In this document: positions 18,370-27,282 of the stretch, piece after piece
Numbering within the stretch: position 1 is the first letter of the stretch
How the letters are laid out: every line of letters begins with the position of its first letter
Notes under the pieces: generated by a model
The model's database searches: none
Seen by the model: only the letters and a program-made list of their open reading frames with translations
Told to the model about the DNA's origin: nothing
Assembly (NCBI GenBank): GCA_045863235.1
Contig: BTUM01000068.1
Location: forward strand, 1 to 43,481
Length of the DNA: 43,481 nt
Direction of reading: 5' to 3'
Source of the DNA: Candidatus Xenobia bacterium
Lineage (GTDB): Bacteria; Vulcanimicrobiota; Xenobia; Xenobiales; QWHO01
Translations under genes and position numbers: made by a program

Positions 18370-18957
18370 ATGGAAGAGAAAGACGAGAATCGGGAGAAGC
18401 GGCCCTATCGCAGCCCGGTCGTCCGCGAGCTCGACGAGCAGATCGCCGAGCGGCTTCGAGTGCTGCGTCAGGGGCTCTTCGTGGCAACCCATGGAGAGAG
18501 CATCGGCAAGAAGGAACGTCGCGATCGCCAGCGCGAGGTTCTGGCCAACGAGATGGGCGTCAAGCCCGAGTTCGTCGAAATGGTCGAGAATCGACGCAAG
18601 CGGCTGAGCGCATCGCACATCCTCCTGCTGCAGAAGCGCTATCATCTGGACGCGACCTTCTTCTCGGATGAGAAGGCTCGCCTGCCGTTGGTCTTCGTCC
18701 TCGAGCAGCAGCAACAGGAAATGTCCCAGCGCATGGAGATCCTGGGAGCCGCCGGGAGCTACCTCAGTCGTCCTCGCGCCGGCGTCCAGCGGCGCCGCAC
18801 CAGCACCGGTGGCTGGATGAAGGGGTTGCCGCGACGGGCCAAGACGCCCGAGCAGGCCGCCCTGATCGCCGCCTGGCGAAGAGGTCGCGAAGAAGGGCGT
18901 CACTTCTCCGGGGTGGACGACGTCAAGACCTACATGGCCGAGACAGAGAAGAAATAG
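18370..18957 (+). CDS. XRE/Cro-type helix-turn-helix protein with basic C-terminal extension
   Basis: IAERLRVLRQ...QREVLANEMGVKPEFVEMVENRRKRLS..HILLL...YHLDATFF matches the XRE HTH pattern; ATG 18370 has AAGGAG upstream. Confidence 0.7.
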   Translation: MEEKDENREKRPYRSPVVRELDEQIAERLRVLRQGLFVATHGESIGKKERRDRQREVLANEMGVKPEFVEMVENRRKRLSASHILLLQKRYHLDATFFSDEKARLPLVFVLEQQQQEMSQRMEILGAAGSYLSRPRAGVQRRRTSTGGWMKGLPRRAKTPEQAALIAAWRRGREEGRHFSGVDDVKTYMAETEKK

Positions 18958-20239
18958 CCCGCAGCTTCTCCGGGTCGACCAGCAACCAGCTGTAGCCCCG
19001 GTATCGGGCCGCCGCCAGCTCGTCGCAAGCGAGCCGGGCAGCGGCCCGTTCTGCTTCCAGCCGAAGGCGCAAGGGGGCCAGCTGGGCCTCGAGCTGACGG
19101 TTGGTCTGCTGGATGGCCCGCGTAAGCTCGGCCCTCTTGCCCCGGGGGGCGGACTGCAAAGCCGTCACCAGGTGGAGCTTCTCGGCGGCCAGGGGGTGGG
19201 CGGGCAGGGAACGCTGGGGGTTGTGCCGGAGCGAGCGCAGCTCCTGAGTCGCCCGCACCAGCCGGGCGGGGGCCTCCTCGTCTGCCGGCAGAGCGAGCCG
19301 GTAGTTGAGCCAGGCCACCGCATACCCGGGCGGCTCGAGCCGATAAAAGCTCTTCAGGACGTGATCGGTGGCCCGATCATAGCTGGCTCCTCCAGTTCCG
19401 TGCAGGTAGAGATCGCAGGAAAGGCGACAGAAGGCGGTCCAGAGCATGGCCCGGGGCCTGAGGGGCAGCTCACGCCACTGGCCGGCAGCGACCAGCGGTC
19501 GGTCGGTCCAGAGCCGGTCGGTGGCCAGCTCATAGAAAAGGGGCCTGCGCTCGACCCAGAGGGGAAGCTCCACCCTTCCTTGGATCACCCTCAGGTCGGG
19601 AAACGGGTGGGCTCGGCTGCGCAGCCGTCGCTCGGCCCGTTCCTGAGTCAGGGCCCGGTTGAAACAGGCTCGAAAACCCTCCGGGTCGGCCAGGATGGGC
19701 TCCACCAACCGGGCTGCCAGCGGCGATTGGAGCCACCGGGACTGCCAGCCTCGCTCCAGCACTTGCAGGCCGCCCGCACGCCAGCGCAGGCAGGCCAGGA
19801 AACGAGCCAGATTGGCCTGCTCTTGCCAATCACAGCGAAGATCGAGCCCGCCAGGCAAGCCAGAGCGGAGCCGCTGGCAGAACTCGTTCCAGGCGGCCCG
19901 GTCGGGAGCGGGCAGATGCTCCAGGATGCCCCGGGCCAGGCTCACTCGCTCCACGCGCAAAGGATCGGACCGGGGCACGTCGGCGCTGACTTCGCACTCG
20001 TCGCTGTCGGCCTCGAAATAGACGCTCTCCCAGCCCCAGCTGGTCGCCACCTGCTCGAGCACGAACTCGCGCACCCAGATGCCGGCGTGGAACAGAACCG
20101 GTTGGTGGGAGGTGGCCAGCCGCCAGGGACCGTCCGGGCGCTGCAACCGCTTGCGATTTTGGGCCGCCAGCTCGGGCCAGGCGGCGGGCTCGGGCCAGAG
20201 AAAGAGCCGATCAGGCTCGCTCGGCTTCAAAGTCCGCAC
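18923..20239 (-). CDS. Conserved hypothetical protein, distantly BshC-like (putative ligase)
   Basis: LATSHQP, VYFEADSD and YLHGTGGASYD occur in the same order as the BshC motifs TGQQ, VFW.A.EDHD and Y.GGPGE..Y, followed by a coiled-coil-like segment; overlaps the bshB1-like stop. Confidence 0.55.
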   Translation of the reverse strand: MRTLKPSEPDRLFLWPEPAAWPELAAQNRKRLQRPDGPWRLATSHQPVLFHAGIWVREFVLEQVATSWGWESVYFEADSDECEVSADVPRSDPLRVERVSLARGILEHLPAPDRAAWNEFCQRLRSGLPGGLDLRCDWQEQANLARFLACLRWRAGGLQVLERGWQSRWLQSPLAARLVEPILADPEGFRACFNRALTQERAERRLRSRAHPFPDLRVIQGRVELPLWVERRPLFYELATDRLWTDRPLVAAGQWRELPLRPRAMLWTAFCRLSCDLYLHGTGGASYDRATDHVLKSFYRLEPPGYAVAWLNYRLALPADEEAPARLVRATQELRSLRHNPQRSLPAHPLAAEKLHLVTALQSAPRGKRAELTRAIQQTNRQLEAQLAPLRLRLEAERAAARLACDELAAARYRGYSWLLVDPEKLRAISSLSRPCRS

Positions 20240-20916
20240 AAGGAGTCGAAGCTGGTCAGCCGGATCGGCTCGCGACTGAAGAACACCTCGCCCGCCTCAG
20301 CCCCGATCAACCCGCCCCAGTAGCGCGCATGAGCGGCAACCCGCTCGAAGATCCCCAGGTTCTGGCGCTCTTCATTGAACTGGGAGCGATAGACGCGAAC
20401 CGCCTGGAGCTTGGTCTCCAGCTGGCCCGAGATGTCCAGCACGAAGCTGGGATGAGGGTGCAAGCGATAGTGATTGCAGAAGTAGTGCACCATCCGGGGA
20501 ATGGGCGCCGGCTCGCCGGGGATGTCGCTTCTGGTCAGCTTGGTGTAGAAGGCGGCCGCCTCCATCAACTGGCAGGCGGCCACGTGGTCGGGGTGGGCGT
20601 CGATCCAGTAGGGCACGGCCACCAGCCGGGGGCGCACCCGGCGCAGCACGGCAGCGACCCTCTTGCGGTTCTCGATGCTGTCCTGAAGGTAGCGATTGGG
20701 CAGATCCAGCGTCTCGCGCCAGGTCACACCCAGCACCGCCGCCGCCTGGCGGCTCTCTTCCAGCCTTGCCTCGGGGGAGCCGGTGGGGGTGGGCTCGCCG
20801 TCGGTCAGGTCGAGAATTCCCACCTGCCGGCCTCGGGCCACCAGGGTGGCCAGGCTGCCGCCCATGCCGATCTCGACGTCGTCGGGATGGGCCCCTACCG
20901 CGAGCAGGTCGAGCAT
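20227..20916 (-). CDS. bshB1: PIG-L family N-acetylglucosaminyl deacetylase, BshB1-like
   Basis: DLLAVGAHPDDVEIGMGG, ILDLTDGE...R..E...AA..LG, HPDH, FVLDIS...K..A...YRSQF; ATG 20916. Confidence 0.85.
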   Translation of the reverse strand: MLDLLAVGAHPDDVEIGMGGSLATLVARGRQVGILDLTDGEPTPTGSPEARLEESRQAAAVLGVTWRETLDLPNRYLQDSIENRKRVAAVLRRVRPRLVAVPYWIDAHPDHVAACQLMEAAAFYTKLTRSDIPGEPAPIPRMVHYFCNHYRLHPHPSFVLDISGQLETKLQAVRVYRSQFNEERQNLGIFERVAAHARYWGGLIGAEAGEVFFSREPIRLTSFDSLCGL

Positions 20917-21551
20917 GCCTCTCGCTCGAGCACGGCCAGGTAGTCGTGCAGCGGCCGTCCAGGGCCGGAAGAGTGATAGATGCAGGTGACCGGCACCTCC
21001 TGCAGGCTCAGACCGGCCTTCCAGGCCTGCACCCACAGCTGCAGCGGCATGGCGTAGCCGGGCTCATCGAGCTGCAATCGCTCCAGAGCCCGGGTTCGGT
21101 AGGCCTTCAGGCCGCAGAAGGCGTCGCTGATCCCCCAGCCGGTCAGCTCGTTGAGTCGCTGGCACACCGTCCGATTGACCTGCTGCCGCTCGGGAGGGGG
21201 AGGCAGACCGCGCTGCCTCGACTGAGGCAGGAAGCGGCTTCCGGAAACGATGTCGGCCGACCCGGCCAGCAGGCCGGGCAGGTCCTCGGGGTCGTGCTGC
21301 AGGTCGGCGTCCATGGTGACCACCCGCTCGAAGCCTCGCTGGCGGGCCCAGGCAAAGCCGGCGATGAGGGCCGCACCGTAACCGCTGTGAGCCAATCGCA
21401 ACTGGGCAGCCCCGTGCTGAGAAGCCACCTGGGCGGTCGGATCGCTGGAGCCGTCGTCCACCACAAGCACCGGGCCGCTCAGGCGGGGGAGCAGAAGAGC
21501 CAGCTCGCGCGCCTGATTGAACGCCGGGATCACGGTGACCAGAAAGCCCAT
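20895..21551 (-). CDS. Glycosyltransferase family 2 (DPM1-like / polyprenyl-phosphate type)
   Basis: VIPAFNQ, VVDDGSSD, GYGAAL..GF, TMDADLQHDP, SGSRF, ISDAFCGLKAY; ATG 21551 with GAAGGG SD. The track extension to 23105 is antisense to fadD. Confidence 0.88.
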   Translation of the reverse strand: MGFLVTVIPAFNQARELALLLPRLSGPVLVVDDGSSDPTAQVASQHGAAQLRLAHSGYGAALIAGFAWARQRGFERVVTMDADLQHDPEDLPGLLAGSADIVSGSRFLPQSRQRGLPPPPERQQVNRTVCQRLNELTGWGISDAFCGLKAYRTRALERLQLDEPGYAMPLQLWVQAWKAGLSLQEVPVTCIYHSSGPGRPLHDYLAVLEREACSTCSR

Positions 21552-21611
21552 TGTGTTGCCCTTCTTTCCAGTCGCGCAGGTCCCCTTCCCCATCTGTCTA
21601 AACCATGCTGC

Positions 21612-23420
21612 ATGGAAAGCATCACCCTGCTCCGTCCGCTCGAAGAATGGGCCAGACGGGCCCCGTCTCGGACGATCCCCCAGCTTTTTCGAGCCACGGT
21701 GGCTCGCCACGCCGATCGACCCTACCTGGGACGGCGAGCAGACGGCATCTATCTCTACGAGACCTATCGACAGATCCAGCAGAAGGCGCACGCCTTCGCC
21801 ACCTCCCTGATCGAGCTGGGGCTGGAGCCGGGGCAGCGGGTGGCCCAGCTGGCCAACAATCGCCCGGAATGGGTCATCACCGACCTGGGCGTCATGCACG
21901 CCGGGCTGGTGCACGTGCCCCTTTATCCCACCCTGGCGCCGGAAGCCATCGCTTACATTCTCAACGACTGCCAGGCTCGGGTGCTGGTGGTGGGCACTCT
22001 CGAGCAGCTCCAGCGGGTGCTCCAGGTGGCCGACCGGGTCAGTAGCCTGACCTCGATCGTGGTGATGGAGCCGGGTGCCAGCGGGGCCCAGCACGACTTC
22101 GAAGCCTTTTTGGGTCTGGCCCAGGGCCGCCACCTTCAGGAGATGGAGCAGCGCCAGGAAGCCCTCAAGGCCACCGACCTGGCCAGCCTGGTCTACACCT
22201 CGGGCACCACCGGCGAGCCCAAGGGCGCCATGTTGCGGCACGGAAACCTCATCTCCAACGCCACTGAGGCCGGCACCCTGATCGGGGTCGGGCCCCAGGA
22301 CGTGGAGCTCTCCTTTCTGCCCCTCAGCCACGTCTTCGAGCGCATGATCTACTACGCCATCACGGCCGCGGGCGGCTCCATCGGCTATGCCGAGAGCATC
22401 GAGACGGTGGCCCAGAACGTGGGAGAAGTGCGGCCCACCATCCTGGCCAGCGTGCCGCGCCTCTACGAAAAAATGCACGCCCGTATCCTGGACGGAGTGG
22501 AGAAGTCGCATCCCCTCAAGCGCAAGCTCTTTCACTGGGCGATGGGGGTCGGCCGCCGCTGCTTCGAGGCGGCCCAGGCCGGCCAGGTGCCGAAGTCTCT
22601 TCTGCTCGAGCGCCGCTTCGCCTACAAGCTGGTCTTCTCGAAGATCCACCAGCGGCTGGGGGGCCGCATCCGCTACCTGGTCAGCGGCAGCGCCCCCCTG
22701 CGCGCGGAGGTGGGGGCCTTCTTCCTGCACGCGGGCTTCAAGCTGCTGGAGGGCTATGGCCTGACCGAAACCAGCCCCATCGTGACCGTGAACCCGCCCG
22801 ACCGCATCCGTCTGGGCACGGTGGGGCGGCCGCTCAACGGGGTGGAGGTCGTCATCGCCAGCGACGGCGAGATCCTGGTGCGGGGACCCAACGTCATGGA
22901 AGGCTATTTCGGCAAACCGGAGGCCACCAGCGAGGCCATCGATCCCGAAGGCTGGTTCCACACCGGCGACATCGGCCAGTTCGACGCCGAGGGCTTCCTG
23001 CGCATCACCGACCGCAAGAAAGAGCTGCTGGTGCTCTCCAACGGCAAGAAGGTGGCTCCCGCCCCCATCGAGCTGCTGCTGCAGGCCAGCCCGCTGATCG
23101 AGCAAGCGGTGGTGCTGGGGGACAATCGCAACTTCGTGTCCGCCCTGGTGGTTCCCGCGCGCGAGGCGGTGGCCGCCCGGCTGGGCGTGAGCGCCGACCT
23201 GGAAGCCATGGCCGCGAGCCCTCAGGTCCTCGAGCTCTTGACGGCCGAATCAGAGCGCCTCTGTCGCGACCTGTCCAACTATGAGCGGGTCAAGAAGATC
23301 GCCCTCTTGCCACGCGAGCTGACCCAGGAGGCGGGCGATCTTACCCCCACGCTCAAGGTCAAGCGCCGAGTGGTTCTGAAGGCTTTCCAGACGACCATCG
23401 AGGGCCTGTACCAGGAGTGA
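21612..23420 (+). CDS. fadD: Long-chain fatty-acid--CoA ligase
   Basis: YTSGTTGEPKG, SFLPLSHVFER, SVPRLYEK, EGYGLTETSP, GWFHTGDIG, ITDRKKEL, LTPTLKVKR; start taken at ATG 21612. Confidence 0.93.
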   Translation: MESITLLRPLEEWARRAPSRTIPQLFRATVARHADRPYLGRRADGIYLYETYRQIQQKAHAFATSLIELGLEPGQRVAQLANNRPEWVITDLGVMHAGLVHVPLYPTLAPEAIAYILNDCQARVLVVGTLEQLQRVLQVADRVSSLTSIVVMEPGASGAQHDFEAFLGLAQGRHLQEMEQRQEALKATDLASLVYTSGTTGEPKGAMLRHGNLISNATEAGTLIGVGPQDVELSFLPLSHVFERMIYYAITAAGGSIGYAESIETVAQNVGEVRPTILASVPRLYEKMHARILDGVEKSHPLKRKLFHWAMGVGRRCFEAAQAGQVPKSLLLERRFAYKLVFSKIHQRLGGRIRYLVSGSAPLRAEVGAFFLHAGFKLLEGYGLTETSPIVTVNPPDRIRLGTVGRPLNGVEVVIASDGEILVRGPNVMEGYFGKPEATSEAIDPEGWFHTGDIGQFDAEGFLRITDRKKELLVLSNGKKVAPAPIELLLQASPLIEQAVVLGDNRNFVSALVVPAREAVAARLGVSADLEAMAASPQVLELLTAESERLCRDLSNYERVKKIALLPRELTQEAGDLTPTLKVKRRVVLKAFQTTIEGLYQE

Positions 23421-24490
23421 CGCTGCAGCAGCGAGTGGAGGTCTGGACCTCGGGCAGCCTGGCTACCCAGCAGGCCCTGTTCTATCGCTGCCTGGCCACC
23501 CTCTACAACTCCAGCATCCACATCACCCGGGCCCTGCGCATCATGGCCGAGCAGATGGAGCACCCTCTCTTTCGCTCCTCGCTGAGCGACATCGCCCGCC
23601 GGGTAGAAGGCGGAAAGCGCCTGTCCGACGCCATGGCCCAGCACGGGCTGGTCTTTCCCCCTCTGCACAGCCAGCTGGTGGCCCTGGGCGAGCAGACCGG
23701 CAGCCTGCACCTGATTTTGGAGAAGCTGGCCCGCCAGGCTGAGAAGTCCACCGAGCTTCGGGCCCGGGTGCGCTCAGCCCTGACCTATCCGCTGGTCATC
23801 TTCGTTCTGGCCCTGGCCCTGCTGATCGGGGCCCCGGCGCTGGTCTTCAAGGACCTGCTGCGGCTGCTGCAGGAGATGCAGGTGGAGCTGCCCTGGACCA
23901 CCCAGCTGATGGTGCTGGGCTCGAAAGTCATGGGCTCGCCCCTGGTGCTGTTACCCGTGGCCGCGCTCGTGGGCGCCCTGGTGGCAGGAGCCCACCTGAT
24001 CAAGAGCGACCTGGCCCTGCGCCGCAAGGTGGAGAAAGGGGTGCTGGCCGTGCCCATCCTGGGGGACGCCATCCGGGCTGCCATCGTGTGCGACTTCACC
24101 CGCAGCCTGGCCACCTGCTACGCCACCGGCATTCCCATCCTGAAGGGCCTGGAGCTGTCGGCCTCGGCGGCCGACCACCAGCTCTTTCAGGACGCTCTGC
24201 TCGCCGCCCGCGACCGCATGCGCGACGGAGCGGCTCTGCACGAGGCCCTGCAGGCAAGCGACTTCTTCCCCGGCATGACCTTGCACATGGTGGCCGTAGG
24301 CGAGGAGTCGGGCCGGCTCGCGGACATGCTCGAGCGGGTGGCGGCCCTGGCCGAAACCCAGGTCGAGCAGACCCTGGCCATCGCCACGGCCGCCATGCAG
24401 CCTTTGATGCTGCTTTTAATCGGCATCGTGGTGGGCTTTGTGGTGATCGCCACCATGTCGCCCATGCTCAAGGTGGTGGAGTCGCTCTAA
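23417..24490 (+). CDS. pilC: Type II secretion system F / PilC family protein (second paralogue)
   Basis: FYRCLATLYNS, GEQTGSL, VRSALTYP, VELPWTTQ, VGEESGRL..ML, QP...IGIVVGFVVIA..PM; GTGA overlap with fadD. Confidence 0.9.
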   Translation: MTLQQRVEVWTSGSLATQQALFYRCLATLYNSSIHITRALRIMAEQMEHPLFRSSLSDIARRVEGGKRLSDAMAQHGLVFPPLHSQLVALGEQTGSLHLILEKLARQAEKSTELRARVRSALTYPLVIFVLALALLIGAPALVFKDLLRLLQEMQVELPWTTQLMVLGSKVMGSPLVLLPVAALVGALVAGAHLIKSDLALRRKVEKGVLAVPILGDAIRAAIVCDFTRSLATCYATGIPILKGLELSASAADHQLFQDALLAARDRMRDGAALHEALQASDFFPGMTLHMVAVGEESGRLADMLERVAALAETQVEQTLAIATAAMQPLMLLLIGIVVGFVVIATMSPMLKVVESL

Positions 24491-25365
24491 ACGAGCCTGA
24501 GCACCCGCGAGGGCAGCTCGCGCCCCAATGCCTGAACCAGAAAGCGCGAGGCCTCGGCCAGCTGGCCCAGATCCACACCGGTGTCGTAGCCGCTGCGCTC
24601 GAGCAGGTTGACCAGGTCCTCGGTGGCCAGGTTGCCGGCCGCCCCGGGCGCGTAGGGGCAGCCCCCCAGCCCGCCCGAGCTGGCGTCGAAGCTGCGAACG
24701 CCCAGCTCCAGACCGGCCCAGACGTTGGCCAGGGCGGTTCCCCACGTGTCGTGCAGGTGCAGGGCCAGCTTCTCCACCGGGGCCACCTCCAACACCGCCT
24801 TCAGGGTGGCCTTGATCTGGGGCGGCACGGCCACGCCGATGGTGTCGCTGATGGCCACCTCGTCCAGGCCCATCTCCAGGAGCTCGGCCGTCAGCGCAGC
24901 CACCTTCTCGGGCGCGACGGGCCCCTCGAAGGGGCAGACGAAGCAGGTGGACAGATACCCGCGCAGGCTCATCCCCGCCGCCAGGGCCTGGCGGGCTACC
25001 GGGCGGTAGTCGTCCAGGCTCTCAGCGATGCTGCGGTTGAGGTTCTTGCGCGAGAAGCTCTCGGAGGCGGCGGCGAAGAGGGCGATGCGTCTGACGCCGG
25101 CCTCCAGGGCCCGCTCCAGGCCCTTCTGGTTGGGCACCAGCACGCTCAGCTCCAGCCCGGGAAGGTCCAGCCCGGCCAGCACCTCGCTCGCGTCGGCCAG
25201 TTGCGGCACCCAGCGGGGCGAGACGAAGGAGGTGACCTCGATCCGCTTCAGCCCGGCCGCGGCCAGGCGGCGCACATACTCGATCTTGACCTCGGTGGGG
25301 ATGACCTCGGGCTCGTTCTGCAGGCCGTCGCGGGGGCCCACCTCGAGCAGGCGGACCTCAGCCAA
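24487..25365 (-). CDS. liuE: Hydroxymethylglutaryl-CoA lyase
   Basis: EVGPRDGLQNE, SFVSPRWVPQLAD, DTIG, LHLHDT.G.AL.N, GLGGCPYAPGAAGNLATED. Confidence 0.95.
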   Translation of the reverse strand: MAEVRLLEVGPRDGLQNEPEVIPTEVKIEYVRRLAAAGLKRIEVTSFVSPRWVPQLADASEVLAGLDLPGLELSVLVPNQKGLERALEAGVRRIALFAAASESFSRKNLNRSIAESLDDYRPVARQALAAGMSLRGYLSTCFVCPFEGPVAPEKVAALTAELLEMGLDEVAISDTIGVAVPPQIKATLKAVLEVAPVEKLALHLHDTWGTALANVWAGLELGVRSFDASSGGLGGCPYAPGAAGNLATEDLVNLLERSGYDTGVDLGQLAEASRFLVQALGRELPSRVLRLV

Positions 25366-25810
25366 CGCTCTCCACCTCGAGCCGCACCAGCAGCGCCCCC
25401 ACGGCCACCAGGTCGCCCTGGGCGCAGGCCACCTCGCGCACGGTGCCGGGGCCGGGGGTCTCCACGGTCATCTCCATCTTCATGCTCTCCATCAAGAGCA
25501 GGGCCTGGCCGGCCTCCACCCGCTCGCCCACGGCCACCCTGAGTTGCAGCACGGTACCTGGCATGGTGGCGCTGATATGGCCGTCGAAGGTGGTGGGAGC
25601 GGCGGCCGAGCGTCCGGCGGCCACCTCGCGGGCCTGGTAGCGGCGGCCCTGTAGCCAGAGCTCGCGCCGCTCGCCGCGCACGGCCAGCACGCGACCGTCG
25701 AGCCAGAGGCGCCCGCCCTCGAGCTCGGCCTGGTATTCCACGCCATCCACCAGCACCTTTGTGCCGCTGACCGTCACCTCGGCCACCCGGTCTCCGATGG
25801 CGAGCCTCAT
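25358..25810 (-). CDS. Biotin carboxyl carrier subunit (BT/BCCP part of a split acyl-CoA carboxylase alpha chain)
   Basis: ATMPGTV...V..G..V..GQ.LL.MESMKME biotinylation motif; ATG 25810 with GGAGG SD; ATGA overlap with the biotin carboxylase gene. Confidence 0.88.
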   Translation of the reverse strand: MRLAIGDRVAEVTVSGTKVLVDGVEYQAELEGGRLWLDGRVLAVRGERRELWLQGRRYQAREVAAGRSAAAPTTFDGHISATMPGTVLQLRVAVGERVEAGQALLLMESMKMEMTVETPGPGTVREVACAQGDLVAVGALLVRLEVESVG

Positions 25811-27282
25811 CCGTTCCTCCAGGGCCCGCTCTCCCAGGGAGAGGCCAGGGCCGCGCTCGGTCGCGAGCCAGCCGCGAGCAGGGCGGCGGCCACGAAGGCC
25901 TCGTCTGGGACCGCTCCGCCGGTCACGATCTTGTGGTCTTGCAGAAAGTGGGTGTGGGTGCGCCCGGCCACGAAATCGGGATGGGCCAGCAGATTGCGCA
26001 GGAACTCGAGGTTGGTGGTCACGCCCAGCACCACCACCTGCTCCAGCCAGGCCCGCATGCGCTGGATGCTCTCGCGGCGGTCGGCCCCCCAGGCGATCAG
26101 CTTGGCCAGCATGGGGTCGTAATGGGTGCTGATGGTGCTGCCCTGGCGCACGCCGGTATCCAGGCGCGTGCCCGGCCAGGCGGGCACCTCGAAGGCCTCC
26201 AGGGTGCCGATGGAGGGCAGGAAGCCCCGCTCGGGGTCCTCGGCGTACAGTCGCACCTCCAGGCAGTGGCCGCGCGGGCTCAGCTCTTCCTGGGTGAACG
26301 GCAGCCTGCCGCCGGCGGCCACCTCCAGCTGCAGGCGCACCAGGTCCAGGCCCACCAGGGTCTCGGTGACGGGATGCTCGACCTGCAGACGGGCGTTGAC
26401 CTCCAGGAAGTAGAAGCCGCCCTGCGCGTCCACCAGGAACTCGGCTGTGCCGGCGTTCTGGTAACCCAGGGCCCGGGCGGCCCGGCAGGCGGCCTCGCCC
26501 ATGGCCCGGCGAAGCTCGGGGGTGAGGGCGGGCGAGGGGCTCTCCTCCACGATCTTCTGGTAGCGGCGCTGGATCGAGCATTCGCGCTCGAAAAGGTGCA
26601 CCACGTTACCGTGCGAGTCGCCGAAGAGCTGCACCTCGACGTGGCGGGGCCGGTCGAAATACTTCTCCAGGAACACCCGGTCGTCGCCAAAGGCCGAAGC
26701 AGCCTCGCGGCGGGCCGCGCCCACCGCCTCCTCGAGCTCGGTCGGGTCGTCCACCCGGCGCATGCCCTTGCCGCCGCCGCCGGCGGCCGCCTTGATCAGG
26801 ATCGGATAGCCCAGCTCCCGGGCCGCCTGGGAACGAGCCCGGGTCAGGTCGGCCCCGCTCAGCTCGGCGGGCGGCGTCCAGGAGGGCACGACCGGCACGT
26901 CGGCGGCGAGCATGGCGGCCTTGGCCTCCATCTTGTCGCCCAGCCCCTGGATCACGTCGGGAGGCGGGCCGATGAACACCAGGCCCTGCTCGCGGCAGGC
27001 CCGGGCGAACTCGGGGTTCTCGCTGAGAAAGCCGTAGCCGGGGTGGACGGCCTGGGCCCCGCTCTGGCGGGCGATCTCCAACAACAGGTCCTGGCGCAGG
27101 TAGGTCTCGCGGGCGCTCTCGCCCTTGAGGTGGTAGACCTGGTCGGACAGCTCGAGGTGGGGCGCCTCGCGGTCGGGGTCGGAGTAGACCGAGACAACGC
27201 CGACGCCCATCTCGCGCAGGGTGCGGGCCACCCGCAGGGCGATCTCGCCCCGGTTGGCTATCAAGACCTTGGTGAACATCAC
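25807..27282 (-). CDS. Biotin carboxylase subunit of methylcrotonyl-CoA carboxylase (LiuD/AccC-like)
   Basis: [69 protein letters not shown]. Confidence 0.93.
   Translation of the reverse strand: MMFTKVLIANRGEIALRVARTLREMGVGVVSVYSDPDREAPHLELSDQVYHLKGESARETYLRQDLLLEIARQSGAQAVHPGYGFLSENPEFARACREQGLVFIGPPPDVIQGLGDKMEAKAAMLAADVPVVPSWTPPAELSGADLTRARSQAARELGYPILIKAAAGGGGKGMRRVDDPTELEEAVGAARREAASAFGDDRVFLEKYFDRPRHVEVQLFGDSHGNVVHLFERECSIQRRYQKIVEESPSPALTPELRRAMGEAACRAARALGYQNAGTAEFLVDAQGGFYFLEVNARLQVEHPVTETLVGLDLVRLQLEVAAGGRLPFTQEELSPRGHCLEVRLYAEDPERGFLPSIGTLEAFEVPAWPGTRLDTGVRQGSTISTHYDPMLAKLIAWGADRRESIQRMRAWLEQVVVLGVTTNLEFLRNLLAHPDFVAGRTHTHFLQDHKIVTGGAVPDEAFVAAALLAAGSRPSAALASPWESGPWRNG

Noticed and set aside
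18370..18957. Prophage or toxin-antitoxin remnant around the XRE gene
   Set aside because: No integrase, toxin, att-like repeat or phage gene is adjacent; flanking genes are ordinary chromosomal functions.
20766..23105. Apparent long fusions: 884-aa FadD and 736-aa GT2 overlapping head-to-head
   Set aside because: Both extensions are antisense read-through of the opposite gene; starts at 21551 (-) and 21612 (+) give normal-sized divergent genes.
25358..27282. Frameshifted pseudogene of the MCC alpha subunit
   Set aside because: The downstream part has its own GGAGG SD and an ATGA-coupled start at a domain boundary, consistent with a natural two-gene arrangement.
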